NCBI GenBank assembly: GCA_003427395.1 | Contig: BFEA01000010.1 | Span: 3,082,167 to 3,146,166 of the forward strand | Reading direction: 5' to 3' | Length of the DNA: 64,000 nt | Origin: Chara braunii | Lineage: Eukaryota > Plantae > Charophyceae | Shown: positions 26,850 through 40,119 of the stretch, piece by piece | Position numbering within the stretch: position 1 is the stretch's first letter | Layout: the number at the start of each line of letters is the position of its first letter | Made by a program: the position numbers and the translations under genes | Notes under the pieces: generated by a model | The model's input: the letters and a program-made list of their open reading frames with translations, nothing else | Databases searched by the model: none | What the model was told of the DNA's origin: nothing

Positions 26850-27594
26850 CAGGGTTACCTGACCGAACGTTCGGGGGCCCCCGGGCTGGCCCCCGAACGT
26901 TCGGGCGTTTGGGGTACCGTTCGGGGGCCGAACACCTCCAGGTTCGGCCCCCGCCAAAAAACATTTCAGGGCCTAAAAATAAGTTTTTTTTTCTGAATTG
27001 TTTTTTATGAGTTCTGTATGATGTTACCTACACGCCTATAAATTTTGAAGTTATTCTGCTAAGCCAATAAAACATTAAAAATCGTCAAAGATGGGGGTGT
27101 GAAAACGTGCTCGCCCACTCACTATTTTGTTTTTTTTTTCACTTTTAACTTTTTGATTTCACTTTATTTCGGGGCCTAAATTTTTTATTTTTTTTTTGAA
27201 AATTGTTTAATAAGTTATTGATTACTTAAAATAAATATCTGTAAATTTTCAGGCCATTTGTCAATGCCAAAAAATAATTAAAAATCGGCAAAGATGGCGG
27301 TGTCGAAAAGGTGCTGGCACACTTACTCATTTTATTTCTCTTTTTATTTTTTCTTACTTTTATCATAGTGTTTATTTTCTGTATTTGATTTTTAATTCAA
27401 ATTTGGTAACAAATTTGGATGTAGTGCCCAGGCAAGTGTTGTTTAGTTAATTTTTCTCCATAACATTTTTTTGTTTCTGGAAATTTTTGATTTTTTTTTT
27501 TTTTTTGTCCGCGTTCGGTTCGAACGGCCGACCGCCTTCCAAAGGGGTCCCGTACGTTCGGGCGTTCGGCCCGTCCCGAACGCCGGAAACCCTG
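26850..27594. mobile_element. Non-autonomous hAT-type element inserted in the E1 terminus
   Basis: TIRs CAGGGTTACC / GGAAACCCTG; flanks cttgtaag/tttgtaaa (6/8); CCGAACG subterminal motifs; the host motif resumes after the element. Confidence 0.75.
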
Positions 27595-27618
27595 TTTGTA
27601 AAGGTATTCGGGCCGGCA

Positions 27619-29225
27619 ACGCTTTCGACGTTTCGGTACCGAAAACGCACTTCGGGGTTTCGGTGTTTCACTTAGTCCATTTTGTACACCTTGAACATTA
27701 CATCCCAATGCGCTTCCAGTATTCCGGTACCGAAAATTCACTTCAGGATCCCAGTGTGTTACTTGGTCTATTTTGTACACCTTAAATATTATATCCCGAT
27801 GCGCTTTCGATGTTTCGGTACCGAAAACGCACTTTGGGATTTTGGTGTTTCACTTAGTTTATTTTCTGCATATAGAACATCATATCCCGATGTGCTTTCG
27901 GTGTTTCGGTACGGAAAAAACACTTCGGGATTTCGGTGTTTTACTTAGTTTATTTTCTAGATATGAAACATTATATCCCGATGCGCTTTCGGTGTTTCGG
28001 TATCGAAAACGCACTTCGGTATTTTGATGTTTTATTTAGTATATTTTCTACATATGGAACATTATATCCCGATGCGCTTTCGGCGTTTTAGTACCGAAAC
28101 GCACTTCGAGATTCGGTGTTTTACTTTGTCCATTTTGTACATGTTGAATATTATATTCCTATCTTCTTTCGGTGTTTCGGTACCGAAAACACACATCGGA
28201 ATTTAAGTGTCTTACTTAGTCCATTTTGTACACGTTGAACATTATATCCCGATGTACTTTCGATGTTTCAGTACTGAAAACACACTTCGGGATTTCAGTG
28301 TTTTACTTAGTTTATTTTTCTACATATGGAACATTATGTCCTGATGAATTTTCAGTGTTTCGGTATCGAAAATACACTTCGGGATTCGGTGTTTTACTTA
28401 GTTTATTTTCTACATATGAAACATTATATCCCGATGTGCTTTCAACGTTTCGGTACGGAAAATGCACTTCTGGATTTCGGTGTTTTACTTAGTTCATTTT
28501 GTACACATTGAACATCTCATCCCGATGCGTTTTTTGTGTTTCGGTCCCGAAAACGCACCTTGGGATTTCTGTGTTTTACTTAGTTTATTTTCTACACATG
28601 AAATATTATATCGCGATGCGCTTTGGTATTTCGGTACCAAAAATGCACTTCTGAATTTCAGTGTTTTACTTAGTTTATTTTCTACATATGGAACATTATA
28701 TCCCAATGCGCTTTCCGGCGTTACGGTACTGAAAACGCACTACTTCATAATTTCAGTGTTTTACCTAGTTTATTTTCTACATATGAAACATTATATCCCA
28801 ATGCGTTTTTCGACGTTTCGGTACCGAAAACGCACTTCGAGAGTTCGATGTCTTACTTAGTTTATTTTCTACATATGGAACATTGTATCCCGATGCGTTT
28901 TCCGTGTTTCGGTACTGAAAATGCAGTTCGGGATTTCGATGTTTTACTTAGTTTATTTTCTATACATGAAATATTATATCTCGATGCGCTTTTCAGCGTT
29001 TCGGTACCGAAAACGCACTTTAGGATTTCGGTGTTTTACTTCGTCCATTTTGTACACCTTGAACATTATATCCCGATGCGTTTTCGGTGTTTTTGTACCA
29101 AAAAGCCACTTCGGGATTTCGGTGTTTTACTTCGTTTATTTTCTACATCTTGAACATTATATCTCGATGCGCTTTAGGTGTTTCGATACCGAAAACGCGT
29201 TTCGGGATCTCATTGTTTTACTTAG
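27619..29225. repeat. ~91-bp satellite array (~17 units) with internal palindrome GTGTTTCGGTACCGAAAACGCAC
   Basis: cattatatcccgatg recurs with a ~91-bp period. Confidence 0.9.
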
Positions 29226-30876
29226 CGCCTCACTGCACTATTGTCCAATGTCTAAATTGGTCAATTAATCCTCGCTACACTTACTGTCCAGTGTCCGTGT
29301 GCGAGATGGCTTGGGCAGTGGTTGAAAACCCCATGGACAATCTACTGTCCATTAATGGATAAGTCCCAACCCGCAAAATATATTTTATGAATGTTTTTTT
29401 TCAAGGAACTCACAGCTCAGTGCTGAATTTGCACAATGTAGCTGGCAGGGAGCCTCTGGCGCCTGTGATATTTTTAAAGTATTTTGTTCTTTTTTTTTTT
29501 TTTCTTTTTCTTTTGCAAACCGATTATATCCTTGCGTTCGAGTGCCAGGCTACGCTGTCAGGCGGGCCGCACGGGTCACCTTTTTAATTCGGGCGAAAGG
29601 ACCCTACCTGGTTGCCTGCGACCTGCGTGCTTCATGGTTTTCTATGTGGTTGGTTCCCTACGTTATTGCATGCCTGCCTGAACTCTTGCTTACCTGCATG
29701 CCCGTCTACTCACCCACCTCTTTGTCTGTCAAACGTTCGCATTGACTCTGTGTCTGCCTGCATGGTTATCTGCGTGTGTACTTAAAAAAAAAAAACGTTG
29801 CCCTTGCTCTATGTCCCTAGCTTGTGCGGATCCCCTACCTGCATGGGCCGTTATTTGTGTGCCCAAACTGCCCCGGGCCCGTGTTTCTGACCTGCCTGGA
29901 GCCTGTGCCCTCGACCTAACCCTGGTCTGTGTCATCGACCTGCCCCAAATCTGTCTGTCTGACCTATGCATGACCTTGGTATGGGTGCAGGGCAGGATTC
30001 GCATTGGCACGTGGGCCTGCATGCCTGTCCCCGACTTCACCCTCCAGCTATGTCCAAGGCCTTTTTCTTCGTCTTGACTGCATGGCTGTCCCAAACCCGT
30101 GTCCGTAACCTACCTTGGACTTGTGGTTTCGACCTGTGCATCTCATTGGGTCTGCCTGCCTGTGTCCCTGCGTGCCTGCCTGTGTCTCTGCGTGCATGCC
30201 TGTGTCCCTGCGTGCTTGTCTGCCTGTACCCGATTGTTAGAGGGACTTTAATTTTTTTTTAATTCATGAAAATTTGTGTTTCAATTTTAAAATTAAGAAG
30301 GAATAAATAATTTGATAATTTTTTTTTTTTTTATTGTTGCAAATTGATAGATTAACAAATTGATAAAGCAAACTCATTTCGTTAGACTGAAATTGTGCAT
30401 CTCATTGCACTTCTAATGTCGATGATCTTGTGTCAATCATCATGGCACAATCTGGTGAATTCAAATGCTGCTTGCAGGCAGTGATTGTGTGCTCTGATGG
30501 ACCTATTTTTATCCGGGTATACAAGGTCTCTGCTGCTAGTGTTTGTTATGCATCACTTGATGGCAGTATGGACCCTTCCCGACAATCTTTTCGAACCCCT
30601 TTCAATAAAATGATCGTTACTTAATTCCAATTATACGCATACATGTAACGATGAGAGAGATCAGGCAAAACTCTAGAAACTTTAAATTACCAACAATAGA
30701 GTCACATTTATAGTCACCAAGCGGCGAGCACATAGCACAAGTCTATAACACAACCTCTGCTCCCACTCCTTTTGTTAATTTTTTTTTTTTTTTTACTAGA
30801 TTGTAAATTTAATATTTTAATTATTGAATAAAAATTAAAAAAAATCGAGCAAAGTTGGGTGAGCTTGTTGTGTTCA

Positions 30877-30927
30877 TGTGTGTGTGTGCGTGCGTGCGTG
30901 TATGTGCGTATATGTGTGTATGTGTTT

Positions 30928-31015
<88 letters not shown>

Positions 31016-31105
31016 NNNNNNNNNNNNNNNNNNNNNNNNNNNNNNNNNNNNNNNNNNNNNNNNNNNNNNNNNNNNNNNNNNNNNNNNNNNNNNNNNNNNN
31101 NNNNN

Positions 31106-31197
<92 letters not shown>
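30877..31197. repeat. (GT)n-(GA)n compound microsatellite with a gap; a similar one at 3811-3860
   Basis: Directly visible. Confidence 0.95.
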
Positions 31198-31199
<2 letters not shown>

Positions 31200-32241
31200 G
31201 ACAAGATATATCATAAGATTTTTAACTCTAAGTCAATAAGAATTTGGAAAAAAAAAAATAGTACTATTAACATTCAGAACAAGAAATTAACTCGAGACGT
31301 TTCGAGCTAGAAAATCAATGGTATGACACTGTTGCCATTAACCGAGGTTATTAGCAAACCGATTATATGTTGCAAGGACAATGATTGAGGCAACATCCAA
31401 AACTTCAAATTGCAATCACAAAAAGATAGCCAAAAGCCTCAAAATGAACCAGTGAGAAAAATTGTACTTGAAATCACTGAAGTACAAGAATGAACAATTT
31501 TGATAATGTAGAGTTTCGCCATCATCCTAAAAAAGTCACAGTTCCAGCTGGTGTTCAACACTCGGTCCTAGATCATGTATAACTAGCTTATCTATTTTGT
31601 CGTCATTCGGTGAGATAAGCTATGGAGTCGAAGTAGATGAAGAATGCCGCACATAGCAAACCTTCAACACATATCCGGTGGACCCCCCATCTCTCACTCT
31701 CTCATCGCTCCTCTTCCCCCGCATGTCCTTATTGCTGAGCGACAACCATATGCACCACTGACAACCAGTCAGGTCGCCTGCCTGTGACGCCTAACTGTCC
31801 TGTCCTAAAAGCAGATTCAGCAGGTGAGCAACTTGCCCTACAGTTTGGCATAAACGCTTTCGAGTTGTGGCCTAGAGCATCATCACAAGCGCGACCTCAT
31901 GAGCATACCACCAAGTGAAAGAGTCAAGCTTTGCCCTTCCGCTTTATTTTATGCAATGAACTTATGGAGAGCTAGTACCCAGCATGCAGGCCCAGTTTCA
32001 AGCTATTTTCAGGGTCTGGTACCGACATTTAGGCCATTCAACTCGGTGATGTGGGCAAGGTTGCATGCATTGTTTGCATGGCTCGACGAGGCCTAACTCA
32101 TATCACACATCATGAACCATTCACTTACGGGGCTTAGGGTGACACAGAGTCAATATTCAGGACCTTATGTTTCGGCTGAGCGTCTTACACCTCACAATAT
32201 GTATCACTCATTATTCGCCCTCTCTCTCACTCATTTTTCGT

Positions 32242-32277
<36 letters not shown>

Positions 32278-35200
32278 CAGTTTTCTTCGCTTGTATTGTA
32301 GAAGTCGACTCCAGAGCTTATCAACATCTGTTGTCGTCTACTTCTCATGATCAATTTCGCAAAAATAATTGATAAGATGAAGTTGAGGCTTATTTTGTTA
32401 ATATACCTGTAGCAAGACCAATTCAAAAAAAAATTAGAAACAAATAGTATAAACATCAACTTAACACACATTAATCATAAAAAAATGGAGTATTCATTCA
32501 CTTGCCATAATTAAATTATGACCCTTTATCGTGCATGCTATCAACAACAGGCTGAGGGTTTAAAATTTTAACGACAAACAACATATGACATACATGCTGG
32601 AAACACACTCTTAAACAACATAGATAACAGACACGTCACCTATGCAATATGCGCTTGTTCCAAACACCTCGGCAAAGCCGCAAACACCCCACAACCCCCC
32701 CACAATCCCCCCCCCCCACTACCCAGGCCCCCTCCCCCCCGAGTTGAATTTTATTGCAGATTCGGGGTCCTCTTGCCGAGCGTAGCAGAACCGCATTTTT
32801 CAATAAATTTTGAAAAAAAAATCTAAGATGTTTCTTGGGCTGCTGGCTCACTCAGTCGGGCCCCCTGTGCCCAACTGATCGGGCCCCGTCCTCAAGCAAC
32901 TAAATTATGCTCTTAGAACTTTGCATTCAATTGTGAGGTCCATACCCTCGATTAATGTTTGTATTGAATTTGATTCATTTTTTTTTATTTTTTTTTTATA
33001 TAATAAATAAAAGCAACTCATTTGCTTACCTGAATGACTTCTTATAACATGCAAACCACTTGAAGAGTTGCTCACAAATCGAAATGTTTGCTGATTTGAG
33101 TTCTTCGTAGACCTCGGGGCTTACATTGTTTTTGCACCAATGTCCTACATGTTTTTTCCGAAAGTGAAAGAAATCAACTACGTCAAAAAATTAAAAAAAC
33201 AACAAAAAACAATGTTATTCAGGTGGTGTTCAAGCGGGGTTTGGAGGGTGTTGGTGGGTTCTGTGCCAAAGATTCAGAGGGTTTCTTATTGTTTAGCAAA
33301 TGTTTTTAGGGTTTAATAACAAAAACCACATAGAGAACAGAGACTTCGAAAAAAAAAAATAAAAAAAAAAATGAAAATGAGACAAACCATCCCATAACTG
33401 TTGACATACAGACCTGAAATCGATTCCTCAACATATATTGGTGGTTCGCTGTTGAGCGCATCCCCCTCCCGGCCATATCACGCAAGAGTTAAAAAAAAAT
33501 AAAACCAAGAGACAACTCAGGAACGATGCAAAATAACTCCGCGAGCCGCTAAGACGGCCGTGGTATCGTCGTTCCTTCGTCGCTCTAGCCGGGTGTGCCA
33601 ATTGTACATCTTGCGGTCCCCTACGATAGGATAGGTTCCCGCGGGGCATAAGCTTTCTCTCCCTAAGAGGTTGTCATCACCCTTAGGGGTGTATCCCTAT
33701 CGAGCTACTTACCCACGTGCGAAAGTTTTTAGATTCAATTGCAGAGGTAGGTCAACCGATGACGTTTGCTCGTTCGCTATAGTATAGATACACTTGGTTA
33801 ACGCCAAGCGAACCCGAACGCCGTCCGTTCCTAAAACGCTGATCTCATAGGTACGAAGCGGATGCCGGTTAACTAGGACAGTCTCAACCAAGTGCGAAAC
33901 CCTCAATTTGATCCTAATCCCTTAGATATACCGTCAAAAAACAATTATAACAACCACACATATGATTACATCAATTGGAATCGACCGTAGACGATAGGAA
34001 CATATATCCAAAAAAATAACTGAAAGAATTTAAATCATCATCTCATATATCCAATAACACAAGATAAAAAAAAAAAAAAAAACGGCCTTCTCAGGTCAAA
34101 CACAAAAAAACAATCATACATCCGCCAACGAGGAGTTGGCTTCAACAATAACCACGATGCAACCGACAAGGTCGTCGGTCTGCCTTAGTTTTAACTTCAT
34201 GAGACGCGTTGTCAACGTTATTCATTCCACCTACCGCCGACTTACAATTAGACACACATATCTGTCTTCATCCGTTTTCAATCTTTTCGGATGATAAACT
34301 ACTTTGCGAATTATTCTTGATCAGGAGGATTGCTTGAAGTGTTGCATGCCTTTCCCTCTAGAAAGTGGTCTGAGGTACTCCTCCTCGCCCGAGCACACAA
34401 CTCGGATTTCAGAAGTCAGGTCGTCTCCACCGAATCGACAAAGTACCCTCCCGTAGAACGGTCCACTCTGGATCGATAACAGGGTCGGTTCCTTAATCAG
34501 CGAAACCCCGCCCAGATGCTTCCTAAAGATAGAAGATGTATCCACTGCAAGTAGCTTTCATATATTTTTCATTTTTCCTAAGTCATGGATAACTTAAACG
34601 AAAATAAATCGAAGGAGCTAGAGAATGAGAAACATTTGGACAGGTATAGGTAGATAGGGTCATTCGGAAAAAAATGGCTCAATCCTCGAGAAAAAAAACA
34701 CATACGTTTGACCTTTTCTGCTTCCTTTCAATCGGATTCGTTTTACGACATGCAATGAATTAATATTTTTCAAAACACAAGTCCTTTTAACAAGCAGGCA
34801 AGCGAAAAGTAGAAAGGGGACAATCTTTTTCTTCATCTTAAACAGGTATAATCAATCCTCCTTTGCAAGCATCCTTCTACCTACATGCACAACATGCAAA
34901 GACAACGAGTTCAAGAGAAAATCGGTGCAATCCCATACTCAAGTCAGACCTTACTATTCACATGCAAACACACATTTTCTTTGCCTTTTCAATGAACATT
35001 CGATTGAAAAGGGTCAAACAAAGTGTGGGTTCACACAGGAGTGAAGGGAAGTCTAAATCATTCAACTGACCTTGAGTGAAGTTTGGTCCGGCTCACTCAA
35101 GAAAGCCAGGTAATATTTCAATCGGAAGAAAATAATCGTCGTATAATATAAAAATATACAGCTCACAGCTTCACAAGTTGTGGTTATTTCACTAAACGAC

Positions 35201-37392
35201 GGTTCGCCGCCTTCTCTAAGCGTCTGATCATACCAAGGTTGGCTCCAGTGAGATGTATGAATGAGATAACCCTCAAAGAGTCTGCTCCCATGATCCAAAC
35301 CCATGTTGTTCCAACACCCCTAACAGTCCCAACAAAGTCCCCACTGCACCTTCAACCCCAAGGATACTCCTCAACCAATTGCAAGTCCACGCCGCCTCCC
35401 ATCACCATGTCTGCTGACAACAGATACACCAACATATCGGTCCTGATCTCAAATCAGTCTCATCTGGTCTCAAAAAGGTCCAGGTGGTCCCACGTTGCCG
35501 TTGTACCACCGGATGGTCTCAAACACTAATACCTCTCGCACTGCACGCCGCAAAAAAAATAAAGGTGGCCCTGGTACAAACTGCATGTGCCGCGAGCCCC
35601 CAAAAAAGCAAAGATGTCCTTCCGGCGCAAACCGCAAGCGCTGCAACTCCAATAGCCAGTGCCTCGTGCACCCATTCCGCGACCTCTTCATGTTGTCGGC
35701 CCATGCAGCACTGTCACACAATCCCAACCGTGCACCAACACTAGCCCAATCTCTACACCATGCTGAAAGCGCTACACACCTCAAAACTTTAACAACAGAA
35801 TTACTGCTCGCCGTTGTTGTTAAAACGGGTACCACAGTCGTCCAATAACACCGCCACATGCTCACACACCACTGCCAGTCCATCGTCCAGGCCATATTGG
35901 AATCCACCATAGCCGCTGCGCAACACAAAAAGAACAACGGAGGACCACTGCTCGCCGCGCCGTCAAAGCCGGTACCACGGCTGCAATGCAACACCACCGC
36001 CTAATCACACACAAAACAAAAACGGCACCACCATGCTGCAAATTTCGGCAGCACTGGCACTGTTGTCGTGCCTCCAAATGGACAACACTTCCCCCTAAAA
36101 AAAATTGCCGCCGAGTCAAAATTTCGGTAGTGTAACCTCACTGCAAATACTGTCTTCGTCGTGCCGCCGAATGGACAACACCTCCCCTGAGGGAGACCTT
36201 GATGCCGCGACGCCATCAGTCCAGCAGCACCTCCCCACACTAAAAAAAAAACATCGGCACCTCCGCTGCAAATCCGACAGCACCTTCCCTTAGGAAGGTC
36301 TTGATGTCGCGGCGACTTTTTGACAGCATAACCCCACTAGAATAGATGCCGCTTGCCGCACCTTCCGGACCCTGACGCGGCCTTACCGCCGCAACACCAA
36401 CAGAAGGGTGGGGCAGAGAGCCTCCAGCCCTCAGCTATGGCTGTTTCCCTTCTCCTCCTCCAACTCTCTGCAGACCGCCACTCCACCAGCAGCACCTCCA
36501 CCGGCAGCACCGCCTCTCTCCAGCAGCATGCAACAGCCAACCAACATTCACACAAGTGAATGCCCCAGCAGCGCTGCCACAATTGTGAGGCTGTTGGGTG
36601 GAGTGTTGGATTTTATAGCCAACTGAAGGCATGTGGGCAACTGCTTTGCCCACAGCCAGACAAAATTTGTGGGTGCTCCTGACCCTCGATCTAAATCGAT
36701 GGCCAGGAGCTAGGAGCCTTGGTTTTCCCCCAAGGGGACCAAGGTCATCAACCCCCATAAGTATCTGATTGTTTTCCCAGGCTGGATACTCCTGTAAATG
36801 ACTGTACTCAGCCATTTACTCCAGCCTGTTCAAAACGAACAGGATACTTTTCTTTTTCTTCTTACCCCTCGTTTTTCCCTGTGAGGGCAGCTTGAACAAC
36901 CAGTCCCTTAGTCACTTCATATAGCCGAACTGGAGTCAAGCTCGGCAGGGTTTTCTTTCCCCTCCTACAGCACACACCGCGCCTGGCCGCCAACAGTGCC
37001 AGGTTCGGGCACTGTTGGTAACTGCAGCCCGTTTCATCAAGTGAACAGGCGCAATTAAACAACAACACGATGACAGAGGGGGAAACCTAAGAAGAAAAAG
37101 AAAAAGAAGAAAAGGAAGAAGCACAAGAAAAAACAAAAACAAAAAAAAACTAAGAGCAACTAACCCTTACCTACAACAAAGGGGTGTGGCAACGCTCGTT
37201 CCCGCAGCTTCAGGGACTACAAGTCCCTAAGGTCGATTTCAAAACCCAACAACCGCTCAGGCCATTCGTGAACGAGAAGGAGGTGGGGGGGAACCACGTG
37301 GTAGTGTATATTTCCATGTCCTAGCGGTAGATTCATTCGATTTTTCTCATCCTCTCGATGGATGTACCATGCGGCCAATCACAAAGTGGGTT

Positions 37393-37443
<51 letters not shown>

Positions 37444-37855
37444 GGGGTGTATATTGCCCGGTTATAGCAGTAGATACACATGGGTTTTCATCATCCCTTA
37501 CACAGAAACTCTCTGCAGCCTGTTTCTCCGAAACGAACGAGCGCAGAGTGAAACCATAGGATCCANAAAAAAAAAAAAAAAAAAAAACAATCTAAAACAA
37601 AATCCAAAAAGAAATCTAAAAGGAAATCTAAAAGAAAATCTAAAAAGAATTATAAAAAAACAGAAAAGAAAAGAAACTTGCCTCTAAAAAACGGTTGCCC
37701 GTTTCCTTTGGGCGTTGTCTCCGCCCTGGGGACTTATANTCCCCAGTCACTTTTGTATGCGTCACGTGGCGCTTTAGTTGTAGGTTTTTTTTTTTTTTTT
37801 TTTTTTTTTNTTACCGTTGGCTTATGCCAACGGTCCCATCATACCGTGGCACACT

Positions 37856-37928
37856 CATAGTCACATCGCCAAGGTGCTGCCAAGATCCGTCGAGATACAG
37901 ACCCAAGTTCGATCCTGACCGGGCTCGT
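37856..37928 (+). ncRNA. tRNA-Gly-like module convergent with the U6 fragment
   Basis: GATACAGACCCAAGTTCGATCCTGACCGG resembles the GGTACAGACCCGGGTTCGATTCCCGGCTGG arm of plant tRNA-Gly; weak A box TAGTCACATCG. Confidence 0.5.
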
Positions 37929-37929
37929 G

Positions 37930-37990
37930 AAAAAAATTGGACCATTTCTCGATTTATGCGTGTCATCCTTGCGCAGGGGCCATGCTAATC
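37930..37990 (-). ncRNA. 3' half of U6 snRNA, canonical sequence with T7 terminator; 5' half absent
   Basis: GATTAGCATGGCCCCTGCGCAAGGATGACACGCATAAATCGAGAAATGGTCCAATTTTTTT. Confidence 0.95.
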
Positions 37991-38071
37991 GGCGCGAGGC
38001 AGATCTCAGCCGCGCGATATTGATGATTGTGCAGACGAAATCGACCACGCCCAACTGCTTGGGCTGCTCCA

Positions 38072-38162
38072 AAAAGAAGGAGCTAGCCCAGCAGGGCCTA
38101 CTGGCTTCGATCCCCGCATCTGCGACCTATCAGGCTGGTACGCTACCTACTGGGCTAGCTCC
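38072..38162 (-). ncRNA. tRNA-like Pol III unit closed by a 13-bp inverted repeat and followed by T5
   Basis: A box TAGCCCAGTAGG, B box GGATCGAAGCC; GGAGCTAGCCCAG (38080-38092) is complementary to CTGGGCTAGCTCC (38150-38162). Confidence 0.65.
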
Positions 38163-39078
38163 TATTTCACATTGATATAAGAGCAGCCCTCGTATATGAA
38201 GGGTTGTAATGCCTAATAGGCAGTCCGCCTGTGGCCTAGCATGCCTTGCCTGTAGGGCCTACTAGTTCCCGGGTCGGTTGTCCGGTCTACAGTCTCGAGT
38301 GGTCTCACCACCCCATCTGGTAGGCCACAATGCCAGCTTCCTTGGACTGTGGCGTGGAAACCCCATGGACCCAAGGAAATAGAAAAAAATAAACGTTCCT
38401 TTTCCACCTTCTCACCTCGATTACACACCCAGCGTGACCATTCATTTTTGTCTACTTAGGCTCTGAGTCGCGCGACTACTATAGGTTTCATTTTAACCTT
38501 CCATGTCCGCGCTCTTCTGCGGCTTCGACAAAACGAAGCACTGTCGGCTACTGTTTTTACTTTCGAACGCCACAAGCGTCCAGGCTAAAGCTTGAAAATT
38601 TTAGTCTCTCGGTCACAGGTCTGGTCTGAATAAACTTTTAGTAACGTTAGTCTCATCAGGTCCCTCAATCCAACGAAAGAGTTGGACAGCGTCCGATGTT
38701 GAAAAAAACTGACAAATACCCTTGTCATAATATTTGCCCCGACACCGCCTCCTCTAGAACATGTATCACGATATTTGGGGTTTTCAGAGAGGTGGGTTAT
38801 ATATGCTACCTCAATATTCTCGTGATTTTCATTGACCAACTTCTGGATTTTCCACAACGTAGGGCCAAGGCCAACTTTGAAGCCCCATCTTGGAGAGAAA
38901 AAAAAGGATGCCCGATACCCCCCCAAACCCCGCCTTACCCTCCCCAACCTTCCCCTGATTCCAAAAAGTTTTTCAGCGGATTTTGGGTGTACCAGCAAGC
39001 GCGGTACAACTCCTTACTCCGATCTGAAAAAAAAGAAAGTGGAAGACTGTTTTTTTTTATTGGTAGGCTACCGCTAAC

Positions 39079-40119
39079 CAGCGTTGTCCAGCCCCAGGCC
39101 CAGGGCCCCTGGGGTCCCCGGACCCTGAGCTCCGGAGGCCTAAAAATAAACTATTCAAAAAAAAAATCGATAAATTAAAAAAATATATATAAAAAAATAT
39201 GGGGGGGTGCGCATGAACAGTCTGCACCTCCTGGGTCAAACTTTGTTTTTGCCCAACATTACCCCCTGGACCCCTCCCCCCCCTCCCTGGGGTTCCCCCC
39301 CCTTTCTCGCGGGGTTGTCCCGGGGGCCCGGGGTGCGGGGTGCCCATAGCTGGGGGTCACCGTCTGGGGCCGGGGGTGCTGCAGGCCTGGGGGTCCCCCC
39401 GCGGGGCCGGGGTCGGGGGTCACCCAGGGCTGGGGTATGAAAAAAAAAAAACTCTCAAAAAAATCCGAAAAAAACATATGTTGTGTAAAAACATTAAAAA
39501 AAAACAACTTTTGCCTCAGCATCATTTTCAAAACGTACAACAAATTTGAATTAAACAAGCAAACCAGTCTCTTTTTTTTTCTTATAAAAAACAAAAAAAA
39601 AAAGTTTGTGTCTCAGAAACGTTAGTTTTTGAAAAATTTTAAATCAATAACGAACTCAAAAAATTAAAAAAAAAACGTTTTAGTCTAGACCTTGAAAAAA
39701 TCTACAACGCCATATTTTTCGTTTTTTGTTTTGAGATCCTTTTGAAGCCTAAAAAAAACATTGAAAGTCTTGATTGCAGCGGGCCCCGGGGTGCGGTGGT
39801 CCCCACCCAGGGGGTCCGCTCCCCGGGGGTCCGCCCCGGAGGTGCCCACCCCGGGGGTCCGCTCCCCGGGGGTCCCGGGGGTCCCCTCCGCCACCCCACG
39901 CGGGGGTGCGGGGGTACCCAACCCGGGGGTCGGGGGTCCTGGGGGTGCAGGGGCCGGGGGTCCCGAGGGTACAGCCCGGGGGTGCCGAGGGGCTCCCCGG
40001 AGCGGGCATGCCCGGGGGTCCTGGGGGTGTGCTAGGGGTCGGGGACCCAGAGGGCAGGGGTCCGGGGGTCATTGCCCCACCCCGGCTCCTGCCCCGGAGG
40101 TCCTCGGGTGATAACCCTG
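39079..40119. mobile_element. Non-autonomous hAT-type element with GC-rich subterminal repeats
   Basis: TIRs CAGCGTTGTC / GATAACCCTG; 8-bp TSD ccgctaac/ccggtaac. Confidence 0.8.

Larger units (their letters stand above)
19260..27618 (-). mobile_element. LTR-like non-coding element E1 carrying U6-like and tRNA-like modules (left boundary uncertain, possibly ~17720)
   Basis: Colinear blocks shared with 52860-57770: ccgacgaatcggcaaccgac, ggcagcgct..cgtaggaaaa repeats, ccaacttatg repeats, the 21570-21850 block, the U6-like segment, and a terminal atacccttgtaa..ggtattc....ca split by a hAT insertion. Confidence 0.7.
33450..38744 (-). mobile_element. LTR-like non-coding element E3, nested in an intron of the KDZ transposase
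   Basis: Candidate ends TGTTGAG...CCCGACA; terminal aatacccttgt motif as in E1 and E2; block 33575-33895 homologous to 51545-51882; carries U6 and tRNA-like modules. TSD unconvincing (tcgc/ccgc). Confidence 0.6.

Noticed and set aside
27619-29225. CRISPR-like palindromic repeats
   Set aside because: Whole units repeat with no unique spacers, there are no cas genes, and the context is eukaryotic; this is a satellite.
3365-38162. Calling the tRNA-like modules real tRNA genes
   Set aside because: Anticodon and acceptor arms are incomplete; only A/B boxes and T-arms are supported.
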